A stretch of 64,000 nucleotides of DNA from Oscillospiraceae bacterium. Lineage in GTDB: Bacteria; Bacillota; Clostridia; UMGS1883. Shown one piece after another: positions 50,511 to 59,995 of the stretch. The stretch lies in assembly GCA_015068735.1 (NCBI GenBank), contig SVJW01000002.1, positions 11,438 to 75,437 on the forward strand, in the 5' to 3' direction. Position 1 is the first letter of the stretch. The number at the start of each line of letters is the position of its first letter. The notes beneath the pieces are model-generated. The model saw nothing but the letters and a program-made list of their open reading frames with translations. It was not told where the DNA came from and made no database searches. Position numbers and translations under genes: made by a program.

Positions 50511-50919
50511 TATGCGCCGGAAACATTATTGTTAAAAAAGGGTAAAGCATACAATGATTATATGGATTTGAGTCTTGCTGTGCCGATAATATTAGTAAAA
50601 TATATGCTCTTATTAAGTTGCTGCTGTACACACAGTTAGTAGTATTAAATTTAATTATTGAGCACTCAAACACACGAATTGTAGTGCTTTTATTGGTTTA
50701 AAACATATAAACAAAAACCCAACTAAATTGTGGTAAATTTTTGGAAATTATTTTTGTTTTATCTCGTTATTAACAAGAAATTTGGCGTTGAAGGGCAACT
50801 CTGGGTTTCCATATTGATGAAACACGAAAAGTCTATATTTTATAAAAAAAAGACAGTATTAACTAAAGCAATTTATGAGCGTAGGTTTTATAATGATATT
50901 ACAAGGAGGGGTGGATCTA

Positions 50920-51858
50920 ATGATAAGAATTGGTGTAGTAAACATTGACGTCTCTCATCCTCTTGCGTTTGCAAGCATACTAAACAACGGAAACAGGGCA
51001 AAATATGTAGCTGTTTTTAATGATGGTTTTCGCGGAGAGGACGAGGTTAATAACTTTGTTAAGACACAGGGGCTTGAAAAAATTTGCACCAGCATTGAAG
51101 AACTGGCAGATTATGTAGATGTTGGTTTTGTACAGGGATGTAATTGGGATAAGCATTTAGAATATGCCATGGCATTTATCAGCAGAAACAAACCTGTATT
51201 TATTGATAAACCAATTGTGGGTAATGTTGAGGAATGCCGGAAACTGATAGAATTAGAAGAAAATGGTGCGATTATCTTAGGATCATCTTCAGCAAGATAT
51301 TGTAACGAAGTAAGATATTTTTTAACGCTTCCTGAAAGCGAAAGAGGTAAAGTTTTACATATAGATATAACCGTTGGGGTTGATGAATTCAATTATGCGA
51401 TTCATGCGGTTGAAGCAATGTGCGCATTGGCGCAGGCAAAGCCGCTTTCTGTTAAATATGTTGGGACTTCCCATAAAGATAATCAGTCTTGTGAAACATA
51501 CTTTGTGGAATTTGAAGGTGGAACAACGGCGTGCTACCATTGCGTTGAAGGTAATTATGTGAAATTCAATATAATTATATTAACAACCACGAACAGCTAC
51601 TGTATGACCGTGGACAACAATGCTTTGTACGGTGCTTTGCTGGATGAAGTCCTCAATAAACTTGAAGGCAAAAAAAACGCACTTGCAAATATGGAAGAAA
51701 TTACTGACAGTATTAAAGTATCTCTTGCAGGAAAGTGCTCGAAGGAAAACGCCGGAAAGGTTGTGGAAATAAATTCTTCAGAGCTTAAAACAGTTCACTT
51801 TGACGGTTATAAGTTTGAAAAAGAATATGCTGCTAAAGCACAACCGATATATTTGTGA
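50920..51858 (+). CDS. Gfo/Idh/MocA-like protein with a degenerate dinucleotide-binding motif (possible non-canonical or pseudo-oxidoreductase)
   Basis: 312 aa ORF from the ATG with an AAGGAGG RBS. MIRIGVVNIDVSHPLAF replaces the usual GxGxxG motif. A VFIDKPI motif sits in the position of the family EKP motif. The C-terminal alpha/beta domain has a GFO_IDH_MocA_C-like pattern. Confidence 0.4.
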   Translation: MIRIGVVNIDVSHPLAFASILNNGNRAKYVAVFNDGFRGEDEVNNFVKTQGLEKICTSIEELADYVDVGFVQGCNWDKHLEYAMAFISRNKPVFIDKPIVGNVEECRKLIELEENGAIILGSSSARYCNEVRYFLTLPESERGKVLHIDITVGVDEFNYAIHAVEAMCALAQAKPLSVKYVGTSHKDNQSCETYFVEFEGGTTACYHCVEGNYVKFNIIILTTTNSYCMTVDNNALYGALLDEVLNKLEGKKNALANMEEITDSIKVSLAGKCSKENAGKVVEINSSELKTVHFDGYKFEKEYAAKAQPIYL

Positions 51859-51879
51859 TATTAAAGGACAAGTGATACT

Positions 51880-53172
51880 ATGGCATCAAAATTTCGAATT
51901 TGCAAAGCAAGTTGTTGTTATGAAAAAGAACCTCTGAAAACGGCATTCGGATTTAAAGGTAGTGCGCTAACGTGTCTTTGGCAAACAGTTGTAAGGCTTG
52001 AGACGGACAACAATATCGGTATCGGACTTGGCGTACAGAGTGTTTTGTGGTCTGATGCAACTGTTTTTCATGCACTTGGAGAAGAAGAGGGAAATCGCGC
52101 AATGTTTAAGCTTACCAAATATGCCGTAAGCCTTTGCGAGGGAATGGAGATTGAAACTCCTTTTGAGGCGATAGATACTCTTTTTCCAATGGTTTATTCC
52201 TATGCAAAGGATATAACCGGTTGTGAAAATTTGCGAACAACCTTTGTTCTCAATGCGCTTGTTCCTCTTGATTTTGCACTATGGCAATTATGGAGCAGGG
52301 AAAACGGAAAGACTAACTTTGACGAAATCAGTCTGTTCGACGGAAAAAGGCAGAGCAAGCTTGCAAATATTCCGCTGATTACATACAATACGCCGATTGA
52401 AACGGTAAAGGATATGGCTCGGAACGGAACGGCCCTCTTTAAAATTAAAATCGGTTCAGACCCACTAAAGAACAATGATCTGGATGCAATGCTTTCCTGG
52501 GATAAAAATCGGCTTTTAGAAATTCACAATGCGGTTAAGGATATTAAAACTCCCTATACAAAGACAGGCGGCGTATTATATTATTTGGATGCGAACGGGC
52601 GATATGATACGAAGGAAAGGCTGAAGGCACTACTCGATTTTGCAGAGGAAAACGGCATTTTAGAAAGAATTGTTCTTTTGGAAGAACCGTTTGATGAGCA
52701 GAATAAAATTAATGTGGGTGATTTGCCCGTTACTGTTGCGGCAGATGAAAGCGCTCACAGCCTTGAAGATGTAAAGGAACGTTTCGAACTTGGCTACAAA
52801 GCGTTGACGCTTAAGCCGATTGCAAAAACCTTAAGCGTGACGATCAACATGGCAGATTATGCGCGTAAGCACGGTATGGTTTGCTTCTGCGCTGATTTAA
52901 CTGTAAATCCGATTATGGTTTCGTGGAATCAGTGCGTTGCCGCGCGGCTTCATACTTTACCGCAAATGAATATCGGTGTTATGGAGTCTAATGGGGAGCA
53001 GAATTACATAAACTGGGAGAACATGCACAAACTTCATCCTTTTTATAATGAAAGCTTTACAAAATGCGAAAATGGTATTTTTAATTTAAATAATATCTTT
53101 TATGCTAAAAACGGTGGCATATTTGAACTGCCAAGGCATTTTGATATTTTAACGCTGAAGGAGGGGGAGTAA
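51880..53172 (+). CDS. Enolase-superfamily enzyme (mandelate racemase/muconate lactonizing enzyme family; probable acid-sugar dehydratase or epimerase)
   Basis: The N-terminal capping domain pattern is LKTAFGFKGSALTCLWQTVVRLETDNNIGIGLG. The KxK block is FKIKIGS, and the metal ligands are YYLDANGRY, LEEPF and AADES. Confidence 0.65.
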   Translation: MASKFRICKASCCYEKEPLKTAFGFKGSALTCLWQTVVRLETDNNIGIGLGVQSVLWSDATVFHALGEEEGNRAMFKLTKYAVSLCEGMEIETPFEAIDTLFPMVYSYAKDITGCENLRTTFVLNALVPLDFALWQLWSRENGKTNFDEISLFDGKRQSKLANIPLITYNTPIETVKDMARNGTALFKIKIGSDPLKNNDLDAMLSWDKNRLLEIHNAVKDIKTPYTKTGGVLYYLDANGRYDTKERLKALLDFAEENGILERIVLLEEPFDEQNKINVGDLPVTVAADESAHSLEDVKERFELGYKALTLKPIAKTLSVTINMADYARKHGMVCFCADLTVNPIMVSWNQCVAARLHTLPQMNIGVMESNGEQNYINWENMHKLHPFYNESFTKCENGIFNLNNIFYAKNGGIFELPRHFDILTLKEGE

Positions 53173-54195
53173 TTGAGCGACTTCAGGTTTGGTATATGGG
53201 GCTGCGGCTTGATTTCTAAATTTCACGCCGAAGCGATAGAACAGCTAAGTGGTGCTGTTATAGCGGGTGCATTTGATATCAACGAAGCATCGCGTGATAA
53301 ATTTTGTGAAACGTACGGTGCGAAGCCCTTTATGAGCGAAGAGGAGTTTGCCTCTTCCAACGAGATAGACGCTATTTGCATTTGCTTGCCGAGTGGTCTT
53401 CATTACGATGCCGCTATGCTGTGTATCAGGAATAAAAAACACGTTGTTATTGAAAAACCCATAGCGCTTACTTCAAGCCAGGCTGGCGATATTGTAAAGG
53501 CAGCTGATGAAAACGGCGTTTTCGTTTCGGTTATTTCGCAGCTTCGCTACTCTGATGCGGTAAAAGAGGTTAAGCGCATAGTAGACAGCGGAAAGCTGGG
53601 AACGATTACAATAGGAAATGCTATTATGAAATACTGGCGCAGCCCGGAGTACTACAAAACAGGCTCGTGGCGTGGAACATGGGAAATGGACGGCGGTGGA
53701 GCACTTATGAATCAGGGCATTCACGGCGTTGACTTATTACAGTATTTTATGGGTAAAGTGGTGGCAGTTTCTGCTTTTGCAAAAACACTGGTACACGATA
53801 TTCAGACAGAAGATACGCTGACGGCTGTCTTAGAATACGAAAACGGTGCCATCGGAACCATTCAGGCAACGACATCTGTTGCACCGGGTTATGGTCGTCG
53901 GATAGAGATTTGCGGTTCAAAGGGAAGTATTGTTCTGTGTGAGGATACAATTGAAATATGTGATGTTGAAGGGGAAAACAAGCCTATTTCTGATTTAAAG
54001 AAAGGCCATGCATCCGCCAGCAGACCTGACGGTATAGACTCTTCTCTTCACGCATTGCAATTGCGGGACTTTATAAAGGCTGTACAAATGGGCGAAAAGC
54101 CCTGGATAGATGCCAATGAAGGCAAAAAGTCTGTAGATATTATTTGTGCGATTTATGAATCGGCACGAAGTGGAAAGAAAGTATATTTAGATTGA
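53173..54195 (+). CDS. Gfo/Idh/MocA-family NAD(P)-dependent oxidoreductase
   Basis: The Rossmann motif FRFGIWGCGLIS, the EKP motif VIEKPIALT and the C-terminal domain are present. Its start overlaps the stop of the enolase-family gene. Confidence 0.8.
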   Translation: MSDFRFGIWGCGLISKFHAEAIEQLSGAVIAGAFDINEASRDKFCETYGAKPFMSEEEFASSNEIDAICICLPSGLHYDAAMLCIRNKKHVVIEKPIALTSSQAGDIVKAADENGVFVSVISQLRYSDAVKEVKRIVDSGKLGTITIGNAIMKYWRSPEYYKTGSWRGTWEMDGGGALMNQGIHGVDLLQYFMGKVVAVSAFAKTLVHDIQTEDTLTAVLEYENGAIGTIQATTSVAPGYGRRIEICGSKGSIVLCEDTIEICDVEGENKPISDLKKGHASASRPDGIDSSLHALQLRDFIKAVQMGEKPWIDANEGKKSVDIICAIYESARSGKKVYLD

Positions 54196-54234
54196 TAAAA
54201 ATTATTTATATATAAAATTTCAGGAGGAATTATT

Positions 54235-55248
54235 ATGTCAAAAAAAGTGAGATTAGGTATTATTGGTGCAGGCGGTATGGCTACAAACATCCACGTTCCC
54301 AGTATTATGGAAATTGAAGAATGTGAAATTGTTGCTATTTGTGACTTGTACGAAGAAAAGGCTAAGGCCCTTGCCGAAAAATACGGCATAAAGAAAACAT
54401 ATGCACTTCATCATGAAATGATAGCAAATGAAGAATTAGACGGCGTGGTTATTTTGGTTAATCCTGACCGTACTTATTGGGTTGCGGATACATGCTTGAA
54501 AGCAGGTCTCCATGTGTTAATGGAAAAACCTGCAGGACTTAATGCTTATCAGGCTCATTCTATGGCAAGAACTGCTGAAAAAATGGGCAAAATTGCCGCA
54601 GTTGCTATGAACAGAAGACATATTCCTATGGTTCAAGAGGTATTGAAGAAAATAAAAGCTGTTACAGAAATTACACAGATTGACAGCCGCTTTATGAAAT
54701 ATTCCGATATACATAATGACTGGCATTATGCAAGTGCATACAATTGTGATATTGTACACGCACTTGACCTGCTTCGTTATGCTGCAGGCTCTGAACCGAA
54801 GGATGCGGCTACAGTAGTTCAGCGTTTTGATTCTCCTGTAGATAATGCTTGGAGCAGTATCGTGCGTTTTGAAAACGGAATTACAGGAACCCTGCGTGCT
54901 AATTATCGTAGTGCGGCTCGTTTCCACGATTTTGAAATCCACGGTCCTGGTGCAAGCGCATACATCAACCTCGGTTTCGGTGATACAAAATGTAGCGCAC
55001 AGATTCATTATAATGAAGGTGGATCTATGTACTCGGCAGCGTCTGCAGGTGTAAGAGAATCAGACGTTGAATATTTAGATGCTGTTGAACTTGCCGGAAG
55101 TGATAAGTACTCTCACTATTACGGCTACAAGGCAGAAAATGTTGATTTCGTTAATTGTATTCTTAACGGCACAAAGCCCCTTTGCACTATAGAAGATGCG
55201 GCTAAATCCATGGATATGGTAGAGCTTTTGCTTGAAAAGAGAATCTAA
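54235..55248 (+). CDS. Gfo/Idh/MocA-family NAD(P)-dependent oxidoreductase
   Basis: The Rossmann motif VRLGIIGAGGMATNIH, the EKP motif MEKPAG and an AGGAGG RBS are present. Confidence 0.8.
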   Translation: MSKKVRLGIIGAGGMATNIHVPSIMEIEECEIVAICDLYEEKAKALAEKYGIKKTYALHHEMIANEELDGVVILVNPDRTYWVADTCLKAGLHVLMEKPAGLNAYQAHSMARTAEKMGKIAAVAMNRRHIPMVQEVLKKIKAVTEITQIDSRFMKYSDIHNDWHYASAYNCDIVHALDLLRYAAGSEPKDAATVVQRFDSPVDNAWSSIVRFENGITGTLRANYRSAARFHDFEIHGPGASAYINLGFGDTKCSAQIHYNEGGSMYSAASAGVRESDVEYLDAVELAGSDKYSHYYGYKAENVDFVNCILNGTKPLCTIEDAAKSMDMVELLLEKRI

Positions 55249-55350
55249 AAAATAAAGAAATCTTCTGTCAAATCCGGCTTTCACAGGTCTGATTTGACAG
55301 AAGATTGATATATCAAGTTGATAAGACAAACGGTCAGGGGGGTATAGGTT

Positions 55351-56298
55351 GTGGCTAATCTTGTTACATTAAGCACCATTGGGGCTAAGGAAGCTGACTT
55401 TAGCTCTTTGCCGAAGAATTTTACGGTATATGAGAAAGAAATTAAGGCTAAGCTAAAAAGACAAATTGATGAGGTTTTACCGAGTAATCCAGATTTGATT
55501 GTGTTCCCGGAATGTGCAAACCGTTACGTGCCGAATACAAGACTGGAACTGAAGGAATACTATAAGCACCTTGGGGATAGCATTGAAGAATTTTTAAAGC
55601 CAATAGCTATTGAAAATAATACAAACATAGCATACAGTGCAGTACGCTATGCAGATCCGTCTGATATTAAACCTTTCCGTAACTCCACCGTGTATATAAA
55701 CAGGAAAGGCGAAGTGAACGGAATTTATGATAAAAACCATTTGATAGTTGAAGAAAATACCCAGGGTGATGTGCGATACGGCACACAGGCAGAGCTTGTT
55801 GAACTGGACTTTGGAAAGGCAGCATCAGTGATTTGCTTTGATTTAAATTTTGACGAGCTATTATATAAATATAAACCGCAAAACCCTGACTTGATTGTTT
55901 TTTGTTCAATGTTTCACGGTGGGCTAATGCGACAAGCTCAGTGGGCATATACATGCCGCAGCTACTTCGTTGGCGCAGTTTGTGATAATCCGTGTTATAT
56001 TTTGAATCCTTACGGCGATATTATTGCTTCTTCTACTAATTATACAAAGCATGTCAGCGCTAAAGTAAATCTTGATTATGCGCTATGTCATTTAGACTAT
56101 AATTGGGATAAATTTACAGCGGCAAAAAAGAAATACAAAGATGCTCTTACTGTGTATGATCCCGGATTTGTAGGTTCGGTTATGCTTACCTGCGAAATTC
56201 CCGATATGACAGTATGGGACATTATATCGGAATTTGAAATTGAGCCTCTCGATGATTATTTGGAAAGAGTGCGGGCGCATCGCTTGACAAATTTATAA
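55351..56298 (+). CDS. Carbon-nitrogen hydrolase (nitrilase-superfamily) protein, putative amidase
   Basis: 315 aa ORF from a GTG. The catalytic-triad-like blocks LIVFPE (Glu) and ASVICFDLNFDE (Cys) and a nitrilase-like alpha-beta-beta-alpha pattern are present. The start is uncertain. Confidence 0.5.
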   Translation: MANLVTLSTIGAKEADFSSLPKNFTVYEKEIKAKLKRQIDEVLPSNPDLIVFPECANRYVPNTRLELKEYYKHLGDSIEEFLKPIAIENNTNIAYSAVRYADPSDIKPFRNSTVYINRKGEVNGIYDKNHLIVEENTQGDVRYGTQAELVELDFGKAASVICFDLNFDELLYKYKPQNPDLIVFCSMFHGGLMRQAQWAYTCRSYFVGAVCDNPCYILNPYGDIIASSTNYTKHVSAKVNLDYALCHLDYNWDKFTAAKKKYKDALTVYDPGFVGSVMLTCEIPDMTVWDIISEFEIEPLDDYLERVRAHRLTNL

Positions 56299-56334
56299 TT
56301 TCGTAGGAGTGTATAACAAGGGGAGGGTTGGTTT

Positions 56335-57138
56335 ATGAATTTAAGTAATTTTGATATTCTTTGGATAGAATCTTGTACGTATCTGAGTGAAACCGGAATT
56401 CCTAAGCATAAACACGAGTTTTTTCACTTTATTTATGTCGATATCGGCGTAGGTGAAATAACAATCGGCGAAACAAGGTACGCTATGAACCCTGGAAACA
56501 TTTATTTGGTTTCTTCCTTTGTTGACCATACTTTTTTTAATACAGATAAAACTCCTTTAAAAACTCTTGAGATAAAGTTTAGTTTAAATGATGAAGAAAC
56601 GGTAGATTTAATAAGAAGGTTACCAGTATGTGTAAATGTAAAGAGCTACCCGATCAAAAATATTCTGTTAACTATTCTCAATGAATCTTTAAAAGAGCTT
56701 CCGATGTCTGAGAATGTTATCAGTCTAAATTTTCAGTTGATGTTGACTTATTTGTTACGTTGTTATGAAAGTCTTCCAGGAAATTCTAAGTACAATAACA
56801 GCAGAAAGAAATTTTCTCCTGAAATTGATAAGGTCATAAATTATATATATGAAAATCTCACGGAAGATATTTCTTTAGAAAAATTAGCCAACATTGCAGG
56901 TTTTGAAAAAAACTACTTTTTAAGAAAGTTTAAAAGACAAACAAAACGTACACCTATGATTTTCATCAGAGATAAACGAATAGAAAAAGCAAAGGAGCTT
57001 CTGCGCTATTCGGATATGAATATTTCGCAAATAGCTCTTGCAACAGGTTTTAAAAGTATTCACTATTTTTCAAAGGTTTTCTTTGAATGTATGGGTATGA
57101 GACCTCTTAGCTACAGAGATAAAAACAATATTAAATAA
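56335..57138 (+). CDS. AraC-family transcriptional regulator (cupin + HTH)
   Basis: The C-terminal HTH is IALATGFKSIHYFSKVFFECMGMRPLSY. The N-terminus is a cupin-type effector domain. Confidence 0.75.
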   Translation: MNLSNFDILWIESCTYLSETGIPKHKHEFFHFIYVDIGVGEITIGETRYAMNPGNIYLVSSFVDHTFFNTDKTPLKTLEIKFSLNDEETVDLIRRLPVCVNVKSYPIKNILLTILNESLKELPMSENVISLNFQLMLTYLLRCYESLPGNSKYNNSRKKFSPEIDKVINYIYENLTEDISLEKLANIAGFEKNYFLRKFKRQTKRTPMIFIRDKRIEKAKELLRYSDMNISQIALATGFKSIHYFSKVFFECMGMRPLSYRDKNNIK

Positions 57139-57171
57139 GACTTGCAGATAACTACCCGGAGGAGGATAATG

Positions 57172-58029
57172 ATGCGCTTAGGAGTTATTACGGATGAGGT
57201 TTCTCAAGATTTCAGGGAAGCACTTGAGTTTGCGAAAAAATTTGAACTTGATTGTGTAGAGTTACGCTCTGCTTGGGAAAAGGGACCGTTTGACTATATC
57301 TGTGAAGACATTATAAAACTGAAAGCTATTTCCGATGAATACGGGATTCCGATTACAGCAGTTTCTTCACCAATATTTAAATGTGACTATAATGCGGAAA
57401 ACATAATGAGCCATCAGGAACATTTCAAGAGATTGCTTGAATATGTCTGCATTTTAGGGGCAAATAAAATCAGATGCTTTGATTTTATAAAAAGTGACAA
57501 TGTAACGCGTGACATGATAATAGAAGCATATCAGATTCCCTATGAGCTTTGTGAAAAGGCGGGTGTGACGATTGCGATTGAGTCAGAGCCTACCACAAAT
57601 TCCTCTTGTTGCAGGGACATCGCAGAGCTTGTCAGAGCTTTTAATAAACCTTATTTTAAAGCCCTCTATGACCCCGGTAACAACATTTATTGTACAGAAG
57701 AGATCCCTTACCCTGATGGGTTTGAGTTTATAAAGGATGTATTTTGTCATGTACATATAAAAGATGCAGTAAGAACTCCCGGCGGAACAATCGGAGAATG
57801 TGTGGGAAAAGGCAGTGTAAATTACGATGGGCTTTTCAAAAGGCTTCATACAATAGGATATGACGGAGACGTAATGCTTGAAACACATTATCGTATACCG
57901 GGTACGGTAAAAATTGATGATGCTACATTGGCTAATCCAAAAGGAAGCGCTATTTCAGAAAACGGTTACGAGGCAAGCTGTATATGTATGGAGCAACTCA
58001 AAGAAATCGTTAAAAGGTCGATGTACTGA
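57172..58029 (+). CDS. Sugar phosphate isomerase/epimerase (xylose isomerase-like TIM barrel)
   Basis: MMRLGVITDEVSQDFREALEFAKKFELDCVELRS is typical of AP_endonuc_2/TIM barrel sugar isomerases. It starts at the second ATG, with a GGAGGA RBS. Confidence 0.7.
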   Translation: MRLGVITDEVSQDFREALEFAKKFELDCVELRSAWEKGPFDYICEDIIKLKAISDEYGIPITAVSSPIFKCDYNAENIMSHQEHFKRLLEYVCILGANKIRCFDFIKSDNVTRDMIIEAYQIPYELCEKAGVTIAIESEPTTNSSCCRDIAELVRAFNKPYFKALYDPGNNIYCTEEIPYPDGFEFIKDVFCHVHIKDAVRTPGGTIGECVGKGSVNYDGLFKRLHTIGYDGDVMLETHYRIPGTVKIDDATLANPKGSAISENGYEASCICMEQLKEIVKRSMY

Positions 58030-58041
58030 AGGAGACGTAAA

Positions 58042-58806
58042 ATGCTTAAAGAATTACAAAAAGATAAGTTAAATGTTTTGATTTTTGAAACACGCGAAGA
58101 AATGGGAAAAAAGGCAGGAAGTGACGCCGCAGAGTGTATAAAAAAGCTACTTTCCGAAAAGGAAGAGGTTAATATGATTTTTGCGGCAGCACCCTCGCAG
58201 AATGAAACACTTGCTTCACTTATAGCCGCGCAGGGTATTGACTGGAGCAGGGTAAATGCATTCCATATGGATGAATACATAGGTCTTTCACCGGATGCAC
58301 CGCAGGGCTTTGGGAACTTCTTGAAAAATGCAATTTTCAAGAGACTCCCATTTAAAAGTGTTAACTATATTTATGCAGAGGGAGAAACTGCAGAGGAAAC
58401 CTGCGCACGCTACACAAAACTTATAGGGGAAAATCCTATTGATGTAGTGTGCCTCGGTATAGGTGAAAACGGCCACATTGCATTTAACGACCCATGGGTA
58501 GCAGATTTTAAAGACGGTAAGGTTATAAAGAGGGTTGAACTTGACGAGGTTTGTCGTCAGCAACAGGTAAATGACCGATGCTTCAGCAAACTTGATGATG
58601 TGCCAAAGTATGCACTTACCTTGACCGTTCCAACACTCTTTAATGCAGACTATCTTTTCTGTACAGTCCCTGCACCAACAAAGGCAGATGCAGTCTATAA
58701 GACGGTAAATAACGATATAAATGAAGAATTACCGGCAACTATAATGCGAAAGCACAATAATGCGATTATGTACTGTGATAAAGACAGTGGTGCAAAGCTT
58801 TTGTGA
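58042..58806 (+). CDS. Glucosamine-6-phosphate deaminase/6-phosphogluconolactonase-family protein (NagB-like)
   Basis: 254 aa ORF with the FHMDEYIGL motif (NagB fnlDEY block) and a Glucosamine_iso fold pattern. Confidence 0.65.
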   Translation: MLKELQKDKLNVLIFETREEMGKKAGSDAAECIKKLLSEKEEVNMIFAAAPSQNETLASLIAAQGIDWSRVNAFHMDEYIGLSPDAPQGFGNFLKNAIFKRLPFKSVNYIYAEGETAEETCARYTKLIGENPIDVVCLGIGENGHIAFNDPWVADFKDGKVIKRVELDEVCRQQQVNDRCFSKLDDVPKYALTLTVPTLFNADYLFCTVPAPTKADAVYKTVNNDINEELPATIMRKHNNAIMYCDKDSGAKLL

Positions 58807-58835
58807 TCACGAAAATATAAAAGGAGATAAAGTGT

Positions 58836-59957
58836 ATGATTGTGCACCCTTTAGAGCTTTCAAAACGTGTGTGTGATAATCTTATCGAAACATTTGAACC
58901 AAATGAACTGGAACCTGTGAATAGACCATGGTTTTATGCTCACGGATTATTTATGTGCGGTTTGCAATGCTTGTATGAACTGACAGAAGATCAAAGGTAT
59001 CTTGAATATACGAAAAAATGGGCAGATTCCAAAATTGATGAAAACGGTGAATTCTATTTTAAGAATTCTTTCATCGAAGGTAGCGACCAACCGTGTTTTT
59101 GTCCTCAGTTAGATGCAGTTCAGCCCGGCTTACCTTTCTTTAAATTATATAGGATTTACGGTGATGAAAAATATAAACACGCTATAGAAGTTCTGTTTGA
59201 TTTTTTGAAAAATGCAGACAAAACCAGCGAGGGTGGATATTTCCACTACTGGTATAAAAATCTCTTTCCGTTTCAGATGTGGCTTGATGGCCTTTATATG
59301 GCGGAACCGTTTACTATGGAGTATTACTTGCTGACCAAAAAAGAAGAATGTCTGGATATGATATGGAATCAGTTCAGGCTTATAACAGAGCATACCCGTG
59401 ATGAAAAAACCGGGTTGTTGTTCCACGGTTGGGACGAAACGAAAGAGGCAGCCTGGGCAGATAAAGAAACCGGACATTCGAGTGAATTCTGGGGACGTTC
59501 AATAGGTTGGTACGGTGTTGCTTTGGCAGATATTTTAGAACATTTCCCAAAAGAACGTCCTGAGTATGAAAAAATGAAGAAAATGCTGCTTGATGTGATA
59601 GAGGCAGTTCTTAAATATCAGGATGAAAGCGGACTTTGGTATCAAGTGTTAGATAAGGGCGATAGGGAAGATAACTGGCTCGAAAGCTCTTGTACGTGCT
59701 TGTATCTGTATACATTGTCCAAGTGTATCAGGCTTGGATTTTTGTCAAAAGATTATAAGAAACAAGCAGATAACGCATATCTGGGTATTCTAAAAATGCT
59801 CAAAGAGGATAACGGGCGTATTCTTATGGAAAACATATCAAAGGGCTTAAATGTTGGTGATTACGAGTATTATGTTGGAGTAAAAAAATCAAATAGTGAT
59901 TTGCATGGTATCGGGGCATTGGTTTTGGGCATTACCGAGTATGCAAAGATTTACTGA
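58836..59957 (+). CDS. GH88/GH105-family unsaturated (rhamno)galacturonyl/glucuronyl hydrolase (second paralogue)
   Basis: 373 aa ORF alignable by eye to the ORF at 11545-12627 (YAHGLFMCGLQCLYELTEDQRYLEYTKKWADS versus YHQGVFLSGMMNNYKLTGEEKYYDYIKAWVDS). Confidence 0.75.
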   Translation: MIVHPLELSKRVCDNLIETFEPNELEPVNRPWFYAHGLFMCGLQCLYELTEDQRYLEYTKKWADSKIDENGEFYFKNSFIEGSDQPCFCPQLDAVQPGLPFFKLYRIYGDEKYKHAIEVLFDFLKNADKTSEGGYFHYWYKNLFPFQMWLDGLYMAEPFTMEYYLLTKKEECLDMIWNQFRLITEHTRDEKTGLLFHGWDETKEAAWADKETGHSSEFWGRSIGWYGVALADILEHFPKERPEYEKMKKMLLDVIEAVLKYQDESGLWYQVLDKGDREDNWLESSCTCLYLYTLSKCIRLGFLSKDYKKQADNAYLGILKMLKEDNGRILMENISKGLNVGDYEYYVGVKKSNSDLHGIGALVLGITEYAKIY

Positions 59958-59995
59958 GTTTTACACGAAGAAGACTATGTATGGAGGGATTTTAT

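Larger units (their letters stand above)
46900..50870. mobile_element. AT-rich, gene-poor islet interpreted as a decayed integrated mobile element (IME/phage/plasmid remnant) carrying a Rep_trans-like gene and an AlbA_2/HATPase gene; boundaries approximate
   Basis: Base composition is visibly lower in GC than the flanks. Long non-coding stretches occur at 46.9-47.5 kb and 50.25-50.9 kb. Both genes are on the opposite strand to all neighbours and are flanked by sugar-utilisation operons. No integrase was found. Confidence 0.3.
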
